Assembly (NCBI GenBank): GCA_049273855.1
Contig: JBASRN010000012.1
Span: 4,666-68,665, forward strand
DNA length: 64,000 nt
Source of the DNA: Blastocatellia bacterium
GTDB lineage: Bacteria > Acidobacteriota > Blastocatellia > UBA7656
Direction: 5' to 3'
The translations under genes and the position numbers were made by a program. The notes below the pieces were generated by a model. That model did no database searches. It saw only the letters and a list, made by a program, of their open reading frames with translations, and was not told the DNA's origin. Below are positions 38,245 to 48,444 of this stretch, piece by piece. Numbering within the stretch: the first letter of the stretch is position 1; each line of letters begins with the position of its first letter.

Positions 38245-39420
38245 ATGGAGCTAAACGGCGATCTGAGCGATTTCGCTCTGACTGACATCCTGCAGATATT
38301 GGCGTTAAGCAGAAAGACAGGCACGGTTGTGCTCGAGAACGACATTCTGGCGGGCAAGATTGTCATGGAACATGGGCGCATAACACATGCATCGTTATGG
38401 CCTGGCGAAAGCTTTGTGGATGGATTGGCAACGAGGGAAGTGCTCGGATTAGATATGCTAGGGAAGTTCAAAGAGATAGGAATGCAGGGCGGAGGTATCT
38501 GGACAGTTGAGAGCTTGATCGTCGAAAGCGGGATAATGACTCGAGGGGCGCTTCAAGCCGAAGCAAGACGTCACGTTCAGCGTGTCGTAGGAAAGTTGGT
38601 TGGGCTCGAGAAGGGCCGGTTTGGAATTGCAGTCAACCAAGCATCGGTCCCAAACCTGCTCGACGAGGTCAAACTGAGTGATGGACTGGAAGTCGGCGAG
38701 GTCTTGCTGGGGTCGGCAAAGGAAAGGGATGAAGCGTTTCGCGACAGGCTCGGGTATGAGGAAAGGACGGATGATTCCAAGACCGATGCGTTGAGCCGTG
38801 ACGAAGGGATGGCCGCGCTGGGCACGGATAATGCCACCCAATCAGATGAACGGACGATAACACCGATACGAAATAGCCACTTGGATCGATCCCAGCTGCT
38901 TTGTTCGCTGCTTGCGGAGTTGCGGTTCCACTCGTATGAAGCAGAAGTAAGCCTAGCAATAATGAGATACGCGAGCGAAGTAGCCACGCGCGGCATTCTC
39001 TTCGTGGTGAAAGAGTTTGAGCTTTGTGGACGTGGTCAGTTCGGATTAGGTTCGAACGGGGTCGACGGAACGGCCGATCGGTTTGTCAGGGGATTGCGCA
39101 TTCCGCTTGACGTAGACAGCTTGTTCTCGCGAGTTGTCCGCAGCGGCTTACCCTTTGTCGGTCCAATCCCACGGGATTACTGGAACCTGGAGATATTGAG
39201 CAAGCTCGGAGGTATTGAGCATAATCTGGCGCTGTTCGCGCTGCCGATGTCTTGCAACGATAGAACGGTCTTCGTGATCTATGGTGACAACTATCCCGGA
39301 GGAAGCAATCTAAACGGAATCCGCGAGTTAGAAGCGCTTGTCAGCCAGGCAAGCCTGGTTCTTGAGAAAATATCGTTAGAGCGAAGGTTGATGGATGCCG
39401 AATTGAGAGTCTCAACCTAA
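38245..39420 (+). CDS. DUF4388 (PATAN-like) domain protein
   Basis: N-terminal hallmark GDLSDFALTDILQILALSRKTGTVVL. The C-terminal half is GAF-like/degenerate. Confidence 0.6.
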   Translation: MELNGDLSDFALTDILQILALSRKTGTVVLENDILAGKIVMEHGRITHASLWPGESFVDGLATREVLGLDMLGKFKEIGMQGGGIWTVESLIVESGIMTRGALQAEARRHVQRVVGKLVGLEKGRFGIAVNQASVPNLLDEVKLSDGLEVGEVLLGSAKERDEAFRDRLGYEERTDDSKTDALSRDEGMAALGTDNATQSDERTITPIRNSHLDRSQLLCSLLAELRFHSYEAEVSLAIMRYASEVATRGILFVVKEFELCGRGQFGLGSNGVDGTADRFVRGLRIPLDVDSLFSRVVRSGLPFVGPIPRDYWNLEILSKLGGIEHNLALFALPMSCNDRTVFVIYGDNYPGGSNLNGIRELEALVSQASLVLEKISLERRLMDAELRVST

Positions 39421-39499
39421 AACCGGTTCACGGTGCGTCCGATAATGCAGATTATGTACCAAGAGGGCATTAGCCTTGAGCTTTTTTGCATCTTGCCGT

Positions 39500-40669
39500 T
39501 TACTCGAACGCGTTCAGTCCGGTCAGGTGTTGGCCGATTATCAGTGTGTGTATTTCGTTTGTGCCCTCATAGGTGTACACCGACTCTAGGTTGCACATAT
39601 GTCTCATGATCGGGTAGTCGCCGGTGATCCCATTAGCACCCAGAATGCTCCGCGCTGCGCGCGCGCACTCCAACGCCATTGCCACGTTGTTCATCTTCGC
39701 CATTGAAACATGCACAGGTTTTGCCGTTCCTAGATCCTTCATCCTTCCAACGTGCAAACATAAAAGCTGAGCCTTGCTGATTTCCGTCGCCATATCCGCT
39801 AGCTTCTTCTGCGTCAACTGAAATCCCGCAATCGGCCGTCCAAACTGCACTCTCTCCTTCGAGTACTTTAAAGCTACATCGAAGCAGGACATCGCAGCCC
39901 CAACTGCGCCCCAGGCGATTCCGTATCGGGCTTGCGTCAAACACATCAACGGACTCTTCAATCCCTCCGAACCAGGCAAGAGGTTCTCTTCCGGTATCAG
40001 ACAGTCCTCGAACGACAGCTCGGACGTCACTGACGCTCGAAGGCTCAGCTTGTGCTTTGTCTCGCGAGTCGAGAAACCCATCCTGTCCTTCTCAACAATA
40101 AACCCCCTGATCTCGTCGCCGTCTACTTTCGCCCAGACAACGGCTATATCGGCGACCGATCCGTTAGTAATCCACGCCTTCGAACCGTTCAACAACCAGC
40201 CGTCACGCACCCTTTCGGCCCTGGTCAGCATGCCGATTGGATTCGACCCAAAGTTAGGTTCAGTCAGACCGAAGCATCCGATGACCTTGCCCGCAGCCAT
40301 CTCAGGCAAGTACTTGCGCTTTTGTGCTTCGCTGCCGAATGCGTAGATCGGATACATGCAAAGCGCGCCTTGCACCGACGCAAAGCTTCGTACGCCGGAA
40401 TCCCCGGCCTCGAGCTCCTGCATTACCAGCCCGTACGACACGCTATTCATCCCCGCACAGCCATACTCTTCAGGCAGGTTGGCCCCAAAAACTCCCAGCG
40501 CTCCTAGCTTGGGTATGATCTGGCTTGGAAAGTAACCCTCCTCATAGCACTCAGCTATGATCGGATTGACCTCCGCTTCCACAAACTCTCTTACCGAGCT
40601 TGTTACTAGTTTCTCGTCCTCGGAAAGTAAAGCCAAGATCCCCAGAACATCCAGTCCCTCAAATGACAT
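39500..40669 (-). CDS. Acyl-CoA dehydrogenase, glutaryl-CoA dehydrogenase-like (389 aa)
   Basis: ACAD domains are present (..GLTEPNFGSNP.., YEGTNEIHTLIIGQHLTG). The size and motif pattern are typical of GCDH. Confidence 0.8.
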   Translation of the reverse strand: MSFEGLDVLGILALLSEDEKLVTSSVREFVEAEVNPIIAECYEEGYFPSQIIPKLGALGVFGANLPEEYGCAGMNSVSYGLVMQELEAGDSGVRSFASVQGALCMYPIYAFGSEAQKRKYLPEMAAGKVIGCFGLTEPNFGSNPIGMLTRAERVRDGWLLNGSKAWITNGSVADIAVVWAKVDGDEIRGFIVEKDRMGFSTRETKHKLSLRASVTSELSFEDCLIPEENLLPGSEGLKSPLMCLTQARYGIAWGAVGAAMSCFDVALKYSKERVQFGRPIAGFQLTQKKLADMATEISKAQLLCLHVGRMKDLGTAKPVHVSMAKMNNVAMALECARAARSILGANGITGDYPIMRHMCNLESVYTYEGTNEIHTLIIGQHLTGLNAFE

Positions 40670-41430
40670 TATGTTTCCCTCGAGTCGAATTCAGAATTGT
40701 TCAACCGACCAATGATTTCAGCCACGATCGAAATCGCGATTTCCTGTGGCGATCTCGCTCCGATTCGCAATCCGATCGGTGCGTGAACCTTCATAAGTTC
40801 GTCGCGTGAGAATCCTTCGCGATTGAGCTTGTCAAAAACCGCCAAGACCCTCCTCCTGCTTCCTATCATTCCGACATATCGAGTTCCCGAGCGTAGCACG
40901 CTACGGAGGCAGAGCTCATCATACTGATGCCCTCGCGTCACGATCACTACAGCCGTGTTGAAAGTCAGATCGAGCTTTCCAGATGCTTTTTCGTAATCGG
41001 TCACCAAGAGGTTGATGACCGGGTCCGGAATCCGTTTTCGTGAAGCAAACTCCTCTCGATCGTCGATAACGGTAACTCGATATCCAAGTATCGCGCTCAT
41101 CAACGCAACAGCTTGTCCAACGTGTCCCGCGCCGAAGATGACGACGTGCAACTTGTCTCTTACCAGTTCAACGACAACCCTGGCTTGGTTGCCCTCTGCA
41201 TCCCGGACTTCAATCAGGTCCGCTTCAACCCCTTTCCGGCTCATTTCTTCGACCGCCCTCGAAATACTCTGGGTGATACGTTCATCTCCTATTCGGGGAA
41301 AGAATCCTCCGGGCCGATACACTGTCGTCATCGGGGAACTTCTGGCCGGGTTCAAGACTCTGATAACCGCGATGAGTCGCCCTTCCCTTGTGTCCTCTTC
41401 AAGCGCGCTAAGCAGCGAGTTAACCGGCAT
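40669..41430 (-). CDS. XdhC/CoxI family accessory protein (Rossmann-like)
   Basis: VVIFGAGHVGQAVALMSAILGYRVTVIDDREEF motif. Start placed at internal Met (MPVNSLL..) to avoid overlap with the upstream VWA gene; the longer ORF runs to 41583. Confidence 0.65.
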   Translation of the reverse strand: MPVNSLLSALEEDTREGRLIAVIRVLNPARSSPMTTVYRPGGFFPRIGDERITQSISRAVEEMSRKGVEADLIEVRDAEGNQARVVVELVRDKLHVVIFGAGHVGQAVALMSAILGYRVTVIDDREEFASRKRIPDPVINLLVTDYEKASGKLDLTFNTAVVIVTRGHQYDELCLRSVLRSGTRYVGMIGSRRRVLAVFDKLNREGFSRDELMKVHAPIGLRIGARSPQEIAISIVAEIIGRLNNSEFDSRET

Positions 41431-41524
41431 ACTCTGACACAGAGCTCCGATGGATTGCTCAACCGATTCTGGCAATGACAATGTGCGATCCCTTCCGGGG
41501 CCTATTCCTTGCCCTTTCGTTTCT

Positions 41525-42559
41525 TCACTGTGAAGCGCGATAGGCTGGCCGCGCCCGAACCTGCACACCGGGCCGCGAGACATCCACTCTAATCTTGCGA
41601 TCCCGTGCGTCCTTCTCTCGATTGGTCGGGTAATAGCCCAATAGGTATTGGCGGCGCAGTTCGTCGGCTATCCTGGTAAATGCACCCTGCAAGTCTTGCA
41701 AGGTGTCTGCCCGTTCAAGGATGCCGCCCGACATCTCCGCAAGCTGGTTCAGATACTCGTCCGCCTTTCTGTAGGTGCGGTCGATCTCGCGCTGGGTTCG
41801 AGCGATCTCGTTGAGAACCACGTCATTTCCTTTGCTGCCGAGAGATGATCTGATGCGAGGTTCCACCTTTGCCTCGACATCCGCGCGCGTGCTATAACGA
41901 ATGGGGTAGATTACTATATCTTCGGACTCGATCACTGCATCCAGAGTATCCTCTGCCGCAATCTCGCTGCTGGCTGTGTCGATGCCATCGCTGAAAAGAA
42001 TAACGGCCTTTCTACCCTTGATTTCCTGGAGCCTTTCCCAAACCGCCGTGTAAACAGCTTCATAAACCTGAGTGAACTCTCCGGGCGCAACCGAAACGAC
42101 CGCGCGCTTTAGAGTCTCACGATCACCGGTCAAATCACATTGAACCTGGACGCTGTCATTGAACGAGATCACCATTGCGCGATCTCGCGTCCTCATACTA
42201 TCGACGAAGGCCAGCGCCGCCGATTTAATCTGGTCAACTTGAGCCGCCGTAGAGCCGCTGGAGTCCAGCAGCAACGCAACACTGAACGGCTCCTCTACCG
42301 ATCCAAAGAACTCTATACGCTGCTTCACCCCATCCTCGAAGATCGAGAAGTCGCTTTGCAAGAGATCGGTGACATATCGTCCTCCCGGCGAGCTGACAGT
42401 CACCGGCACTTGAACGAGCGTTGTTCTCAGCTTGATCGGTTCTTCATCTCGATTGACGGGGATTTGGTTTCGATCCTTCTGCGCGAAGGAGGCGAGACTC
42501 AGTGAGATAACCACAAGGCCCCCTGCCCCTAAGTGCTGCCAGTAGCGAAGCCTGTCCAT
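41525..42559 (-). CDS. Secreted VWA domain-containing protein
   Basis: Signal peptide. VWA MIDAS motif (VALLLDSSGSTA .. ILFSDGIDTAS). Confidence 0.75.
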   Translation of the reverse strand: MDRLRYWQHLGAGGLVVISLSLASFAQKDRNQIPVNRDEEPIKLRTTLVQVPVTVSSPGGRYVTDLLQSDFSIFEDGVKQRIEFFGSVEEPFSVALLLDSSGSTAAQVDQIKSAALAFVDSMRTRDRAMVISFNDSVQVQCDLTGDRETLKRAVVSVAPGEFTQVYEAVYTAVWERLQEIKGRKAVILFSDGIDTASSEIAAEDTLDAVIESEDIVIYPIRYSTRADVEAKVEPRIRSSLGSKGNDVVLNEIARTQREIDRTYRKADEYLNQLAEMSGGILERADTLQDLQGAFTRIADELRRQYLLGYYPTNREKDARDRKIRVDVSRPGVQVRARPAYRASQ

Positions 42560-42586
42560 CGCTAACCTCCTGGAGAGAGAAACATA

Positions 42587-43888
42587 TTAGGTCCGACCCA
42601 TTCCAACATACCTGAATCCAGCGGACCGGACCATGTCCGGTTCATAGACATTGCGGAGGTCTATAATGTTAGGCTCGCGCATGCCACGCTTTAACCTACC
42701 CAGATCAAGGCTGCGGAACTGGTTCCACTCTGTCACCACTACCAGCGCGTCGGTTCCGCGAGAGGTTTCATATTCGTCCTCGCAATACTCCACGCCGCTC
42801 AAGAATCTCCGCGCCGCCTCCGTCGCCGCTGGATCATAGGCTCGGATTCTCGCCCCTGCTTCCACCAAGTCCGCGATTATCTTGATCGATGGAGCTTCTC
42901 TCATATCATCGGTCTCCGGCTTGAACGCCAGGCCCAGCAATCCGACGGTCTTGTTTGTGAGATCGGGAAGAAGCATCCGTATCCGATCGATGATCGACTG
43001 CTTTTGAAGCTCATTGACCTCAAGCGCGGCTCGCACGATTCGCACGTCGTAGTTTACGCCCCGCCCGATCGCCACGAGCGCCTTTGCATCCTTCGGGAAG
43101 CAGCTTCCGCCAAAGCCGGGGCCCGGGTGAAGGAACTTGTTGCCGATCCTCCCGTCCATTCCCATGCCCTTTGCGACATCGCGAACGTCTGCCCCCAGCA
43201 GGCTGCATAAGTTTGCGATCTCGTTAATGAAGGAGATCTTTGTGGCAAGGAAAGCATTCGATGCGTACTTGATCATCTCGGCCGACTCGGGGGTGGTGAT
43301 GACAAAAGGGGTCTCGATCAAATAGAGCGGCCGGTATATCTCACGAAGTATCGCAATGGCCTCCTCTTCCCGACAGCCGATGACCACGCGATCGGGCCGC
43401 ATAAAGTCGTTGATCGCCGCTCCTTCCCGTAGAAACTCAGGGTTCGCCGCCACGGAAAAGCGGCTCGACGTAGCGCGCTTCTCCTCGATGATCTTGCGAA
43501 TGCGAGACGCGGCTCCAACCGGGACGGTGCTTTTGGTGACGATGACCTTGTACCCGTTCAGCGATTTTGCGATTTCGTTCGCCACCTCGTCGATCTGGCT
43601 TAGGTCCGCTGATCCGTCACCCGTTGGCGGAGTTCCGACTGCCAGAAATACAACAAGCGACTGTTCGACTGCCCGGCTGACATCGGTGCTGAACTCCAGT
43701 CTGCCGGCGCGAACATTCTTGGCTACTAGAGAATCAAGCCCCGGCTCGTAGATTGGCAGCTTGCCGTCCATAATTTGTCGAATCTTGGCCTCGTCTTTGT
43801 CGACACAGATGACGCTCATACCGAACTCTGCGAAGCACGCTCCAGTAACAAGGCCAACATAGCCCGTGCCGATTACAGCAATGTGCAT
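42587..43888 (-). CDS. ugd: UDP-glucose 6-dehydrogenase
   Basis: MHIAVIGTGYVGLVTGACFAEFG NAD-binding region. Motif GFGGSCFPKD holds the catalytic Cys. Confidence 0.9.
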   Translation of the reverse strand: MHIAVIGTGYVGLVTGACFAEFGMSVICVDKDEAKIRQIMDGKLPIYEPGLDSLVAKNVRAGRLEFSTDVSRAVEQSLVVFLAVGTPPTGDGSADLSQIDEVANEIAKSLNGYKVIVTKSTVPVGAASRIRKIIEEKRATSSRFSVAANPEFLREGAAINDFMRPDRVVIGCREEEAIAILREIYRPLYLIETPFVITTPESAEMIKYASNAFLATKISFINEIANLCSLLGADVRDVAKGMGMDGRIGNKFLHPGPGFGGSCFPKDAKALVAIGRGVNYDVRIVRAALEVNELQKQSIIDRIRMLLPDLTNKTVGLLGLAFKPETDDMREAPSIKIIADLVEAGARIRAYDPAATEAARRFLSGVEYCEDEYETSRGTDALVVVTEWNQFRSLDLGRLKRGMREPNIIDLRNVYEPDMVRSAGFRYVGMGRT

Positions 43889-44003
43889 CCCATCCTCCAG
43901 AAATCCCGTCGTCGATCGTTGGTCACGCGATTCCTAACTTCGCATCTACTTCAAGAAATCAATGAGAGCGCCCTCATTGCGAGAGTCCAATTACCAAGCT
44001 CGG

Positions 44004-44972
44004 TCAAATGATCGATCCAAAGTACCGAATAGTGCTTGCGAGTCCTTCTTCCAAGCTCACCACCGGCTCCCATCCCAACACGCGTTTTGCGCGCGTAATA
44101 TCGGGTTGTCTGACTCGCGGGTCGTCGACCGGGAGTTCCCTGTGCTCGATCGTGCTTCGGCTGCCGGTCAGCCGTATTACTTTCTCAGCTAGTTCTGACA
44201 CGGTGAACTCGCCGGGATTGCCCAGGTTAACAGGTAGATGAATGTCGCGAGCAGCGATGCCTTCCTCATTCGCATCGTTATCCTCAATCATGAGCAGACG
44301 CACGATCCCTTCGACCAGATCGCTAACATAACAGAACGAGCGGGTTTGTTGGCCGTCGCCGTAGATCGTTAGCGGTTCTCCATCCAGCGCCTGGACAATA
44401 AAGTTCGACACCACTCTGCCGTCGTTGGGCCTCATCCTCCCGCCATACGTGTTGAAGATCCTGACAATTCGAGTGTCGACTCCATGGTAGCGATGGTACG
44501 CCATCGTGATTGCCTCCGCGAAGCGCTTCGCCTCGTCATACACGCCACGCGGACCCACGGGGTTAACGTGACCCCAGTACTCTTCAGGCTGCGGGTGCAC
44601 CTGCGGATCACCATATACTTCGGACGTAGATGCGAGCAAAAAGCGGGCGTTCTTCGCCTTGGCCAACCCCAGGGCCTTGTGCGTTCCGAGGCTTCCAACC
44701 TTCAAAGTCTGAATCGGCAGTTGCAGGTAATCTATCGGGCTGGCCGGTGACGCGAGGTGCACCACTGCGTCCAGGTGGCCGGAAACGAAAAGGTATTCAG
44801 TGACGTCCTGCTTTATGAACTTAAATCGATCGTTGCCCAGATGGTGATCAATATTGTCAACTCGGCCAGTCAGCAGGTTGTCAAACACGACCACTTCGTG
44901 GCCCCTCGCAATCAAGAGATCAACAATGTGCGACCCAAGAAATCCCGCCCCCCCTGTAATGAGCACACGCAT
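44004..44972 (-). CDS. UDP-glucuronate decarboxylase (UDP-xylose synthase) / NAD-dependent epimerase-dehydratase
   Basis: [28 protein letters not shown]. YxxxK region YDEAKRFAE. Highly UXS-like. Confidence 0.85.
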   Translation of the reverse strand: MRVLITGGAGFLGSHIVDLLIARGHEVVVFDNLLTGRVDNIDHHLGNDRFKFIKQDVTEYLFVSGHLDAVVHLASPASPIDYLQLPIQTLKVGSLGTHKALGLAKAKNARFLLASTSEVYGDPQVHPQPEEYWGHVNPVGPRGVYDEAKRFAEAITMAYHRYHGVDTRIVRIFNTYGGRMRPNDGRVVSNFIVQALDGEPLTIYGDGQQTRSFCYVSDLVEGIVRLLMIEDNDANEEGIAARDIHLPVNLGNPGEFTVSELAEKVIRLTGSRSTIEHRELPVDDPRVRQPDITRAKRVLGWEPVVSLEEGLASTIRYFGSII

Positions 44973-45427
44973 CTGAACATCCACCTCCAATTCTTCATCA
45001 CGATGTCCTGCTTGTGGCAACCTAAGTCAGTGAATGATATCGTGAAGAATCCCAGCGAGTCAAAGATGCCGGTCGAGACGGATCTTTGACTTACCGCCTG
45101 GCGCCTGCTCTGGGCGGCCACAAACGACTTTGAAACCGATCACTCCAGCCAAGATAACAAAAACAGTAATCGCTCAATGACAAATTCTGTGAGCAGAGGA
45201 CTGGGAATTGAGTTGTCGCTATGAGCAAGAGACGGAGGATCAACAGTTAGAGATAGTCTTAGCCCCAAAGAGGCGTGGCATCGCGCTTGCCAAACTAGAG
45301 ACGAGCTTCGAAAAAGACGGAAGGGCCGAAATGATCAGGGCAACGGGGGCTGCGCTGATTGCTTCGGTCCTTCTATATTTTCGGGCCAGAAGTACCGGTT
45401 AAGGAAGCTTAAGGACCAAGCGAGAGA

Positions 45428-46699
45428 CTACTTTGCTGCCGCAGCACTCTTCCTGTCTTTCGCTTTTCTATCATTAAAGAAGTCGTTGATCCAGTGATAC
45501 TGGCTTACGTACTTGCTGGTCTCGTTCCGAAAAATGGGTCGCGTATACTTCTTCACCACGTACCGCGTGCGAATGCGTCCACGTGTTCGGACTTTCACCG
45601 GCACTCGTTTTGTTACGGTCATCGTCGGCCTGCTGGTGCCGTCTGGCGACTCCATCCATTCGTTCTGATCGTGCGCCAAAACTGAGAGGACGCGGCCCAC
45701 GCCTCCGTTGTAAGCCGCAGCCAGATACGGCCCTATTCGATCCCGCGGGATAAAACTCCGGGAATTAATCGCTTCCCAATCAGCGTCGCACAGGAGGATT
45801 TGAGCCACCACTGCATTGACCGGATCACCCATGCAAGCAAAGAAGTTTGATGGCAGCCCTGCGCTGGGATATTTGCGCAGCAGTAACGAGTAGGTAGAGG
45901 GGATCATCTGCACCAGTCCACGAGCGCCCGCGGGGCTGATTGAGTAGGCGTATGCATTCTCGCGGTTCGTAGCGATGATCGTCAGCACCCGCGCCACCAG
46001 CGTTCGAGCCAGTCCCGCGCTCTTAAACTCACCGGGATCGATGTGCTCGTTCACCAGGAGGACTCGCAGCACGTCTTGCGGGATGACTTCGGTGATCTTA
46101 TGGCCCGGGAGCGCCCGCGAGAGGATACCCCGGCTCGAAAGGCGGGAGTAAGCCCTGTCGATGAAGTGATCTGCTACTTCAATCCCACGTTCAATGACTG
46201 CGTCATTCTTCACCTCAGCCGAATATGGAGTATAGAGAGCTTGGATAACTGAGGGTCCGGGACCGAACCTCTGACCCTCGTTGGACACCGGGTATTTTAC
46301 CGCCAAGACCTTGCCGCCGGGCGGCTCGATACACTGAATGTCTGAATTAATCCCGTTCTCCCGACGCATTGAAAGGGTCAGGCCAGGAGTTAAGACCTCG
46401 AACCCCGGATCGCGCTTGATCGCGCGGGCTATTCGGATCTTGCCGCCGGGTTCCATCACTGCGAGCGCCATCTCGCGCCCAATGATCCCGGTGACGGGCA
46501 CCTCCACGAACCTGCGCCGGCCAACTCGGATTCGCCGAGTGCCGACAGTTCCCATTAAGATCTTCACAGACTCGTCTTTCAGGTGTTCCCTTCCCTCTTC
46601 GATCTTTGCAAGCAAGGGGTCGGCATAATGTTTAGTGTCGGAATCAGCGAAAGCGGTTCCGAGGAGGAAACCAATGAGGAGCGGCGCAGTGCAGGTCAT
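45428..46699 (-). CDS. Lytic transglycosylase (SLT domain) protein, secreted
   Basis: Signal peptide MTCTAPLLIGFLLGTAFA. SLT catalytic region (..RGLVQMIPSTYSLLLRKY..). Confidence 0.75.
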   Translation of the reverse strand: MTCTAPLLIGFLLGTAFADSDTKHYADPLLAKIEEGREHLKDESVKILMGTVGTRRIRVGRRRFVEVPVTGIIGREMALAVMEPGGKIRIARAIKRDPGFEVLTPGLTLSMRRENGINSDIQCIEPPGGKVLAVKYPVSNEGQRFGPGPSVIQALYTPYSAEVKNDAVIERGIEVADHFIDRAYSRLSSRGILSRALPGHKITEVIPQDVLRVLLVNEHIDPGEFKSAGLARTLVARVLTIIATNRENAYAYSISPAGARGLVQMIPSTYSLLLRKYPSAGLPSNFFACMGDPVNAVVAQILLCDADWEAINSRSFIPRDRIGPYLAAAYNGGVGRVLSVLAHDQNEWMESPDGTSRPTMTVTKRVPVKVRTRGRIRTRYVVKKYTRPIFRNETSKYVSQYHWINDFFNDRKAKDRKSAAAAK

Positions 46700-46820
46700 C
46701 TGAAACTCCCACGCTTGAATAAAGGGCATGTAGATAGTAGCAGGCGGGCATCAATCAGCTCAACAGTTTTGTCCGACGCAACATATTCGTAATGGTTGCC
46801 GATCTGCTTGCGCTTCGAGT

Positions 46821-47645
46821 TTGGGAGATGTAGCTTGCTCAGGACAAACATCGAAGGAAGGGTCCTTGCTCAGCGATCAGATCGACAAAATCAAAATCAG
46901 CTTGATTGAGTACACGCCGGCGTTGTTTTTCGCGGGGTGCATACTCTTGCTCGGCCTGTTGGCTTCAAGGTTCGGCAAACGCTGGCTCGGTGCGATCCTG
47001 AATCGTAGCCGGATTCGGGAAGATTTGTTGCTCAAAGATTTCTTCCTTCGAGTTTTCTCGGGATCAATATTGCTGCTTGCGTTGCTGACCGCTCTCAGCA
47101 AAGTTGGAGTTGATGTCCGCACTTTCATCGCCGGTCTCGGAGTAACTGGAATAATACTGGGCTTCGCACTGAGAGACACGCTCTCGAATTTCGCTGCCGG
47201 AGTGCTGCTGCTCATTTATAGACCGTTCAGCGCCGGCGAGTTGATCGAGGTTGAAGGCACGAAAGGTATGGTAGAAGAACTTACCATAGTGAACATGCGT
47301 ATGACGACAACCGCCGGCGTCCCGGTAATTATGCCAAACTCGAAGGTATGGGGCGCAAAGATCACAAACTATTCTCCTAGCCGCCGCCGCAGGATCGAGT
47401 TCACCTTGAGGGTTCGCGATGCGGACACTGAAACTGCGATAAAAATCATCGAATCCGCGCTCGACGAAGACGCCAGGATTCTGAAGAACCCGGCCCCGGT
47501 AGTTCGGGTCGTGTCGGTGGCAAACGGCGCCGTCAGACTTTCAACTTTGATATGGACGGATCCGAGAGACTACGAGCTGGTAAACGGCGATGAGTACGTG
47601 CGAATGATGTCCGCGCTTAGTCAACGCGCGATTCAAATCCTGTGA
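46821..47645 (+). CDS. MscS-family mechanosensitive channel
   Basis: Three TM segments followed by the MscS beta-domain (GELIEVEGTKGMVEELTIVNMRMTT). Confidence 0.75.
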   Translation: MGDVACSGQTSKEGSLLSDQIDKIKISLIEYTPALFFAGCILLLGLLASRFGKRWLGAILNRSRIREDLLLKDFFLRVFSGSILLLALLTALSKVGVDVRTFIAGLGVTGIILGFALRDTLSNFAAGVLLLIYRPFSAGELIEVEGTKGMVEELTIVNMRMTTTAGVPVIMPNSKVWGAKITNYSPSRRRRIEFTLRVRDADTETAIKIIESALDEDARILKNPAPVVRVVSVANGAVRLSTLIWTDPRDYELVNGDEYVRMMSALSQRAIQIL

Positions 47646-47652
47646 GCCACGC

Positions 47653-48384
47653 TTAGGATCCGTCCAGTATCGAGGCTAAGAATTCAGTTACACAGTTCCA
47701 AGCATCTTGAGCCGCTATGCGATCATAAGCCTCGGGCCGTGTGTCGTTGAAGAACGCGTGTCCGACTCCGTTGTAGATCTTGACCTCGCCTTCCTTGCCG
47801 AACTTTTGAATGGCTCCGCGCAACCGCTCCATCTTATCCATGGTGATCCACGGATCATTCTCCGCGCCGATGAACAGGACGGGTGCCGATAGATTCTTGA
47901 TAACTTCATCCGGCGGCACATCTCCGTAAAACGGAGCCGAAGCCTTGATGCTGCTGTCATGGCAGGCGAGCAGGAGAGAAAAGGTCCCACCCATACAGAA
48001 GCCTGTGACACCTATCTTTTCAGAGTTCACGCCAGCTTGACGCCTTAGGAAGTTCACCGCCCCGCTCAGGGTTTCTAGCGCCTTTCCCTGATCGAGTCCC
48101 TGCATCAGCTCGGCCGCCTTTGCGGAGTCCTTCGTAACCGTACCGTAGTATAGATCGGGCGCGAGTGCCACATAGCCCTTCTCTGCAAAACGCCCGGTGA
48201 TGTCTTTGATGTGATCGTCCAATCCCCACCACTCGTGGATCACAATCAAGGCGGGATGCGACCCCTCCTTTTCTGGTTCGACCAGGTACCCGCCGGCGGC
48301 GCGACCGCCAGCTTGAAACTCGACCATCCTTCCTACGTTTGCCATTGATACTCTCTCCTTTTGGTTATTGTCCACATTGTCCAC
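47653..48384 (-). CDS. Dienelactone hydrolase family protein
   Basis: ALIVIHEWWGLDDHIKDITGRFAEKGYVALAPDLY. Nucleophile motif GFCMGG. Confidence 0.8.
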   Translation of the reverse strand: MDNVDNNQKERVSMANVGRMVEFQAGGRAAGGYLVEPEKEGSHPALIVIHEWWGLDDHIKDITGRFAEKGYVALAPDLYYGTVTKDSAKAAELMQGLDQGKALETLSGAVNFLRRQAGVNSEKIGVTGFCMGGTFSLLLACHDSSIKASAPFYGDVPPDEVIKNLSAPVLFIGAENDPWITMDKMERLRGAIQKFGKEGEVKIYNGVGHAFFNDTRPEAYDRIAAQDAWNCVTEFLASILDGS

Positions 48385-48444
48385 AACCCAAAAAGGGCGA
48401 GCCGAAGCCCGCCCTATCTCGTTATTTCCGTGTGACGACCATAG

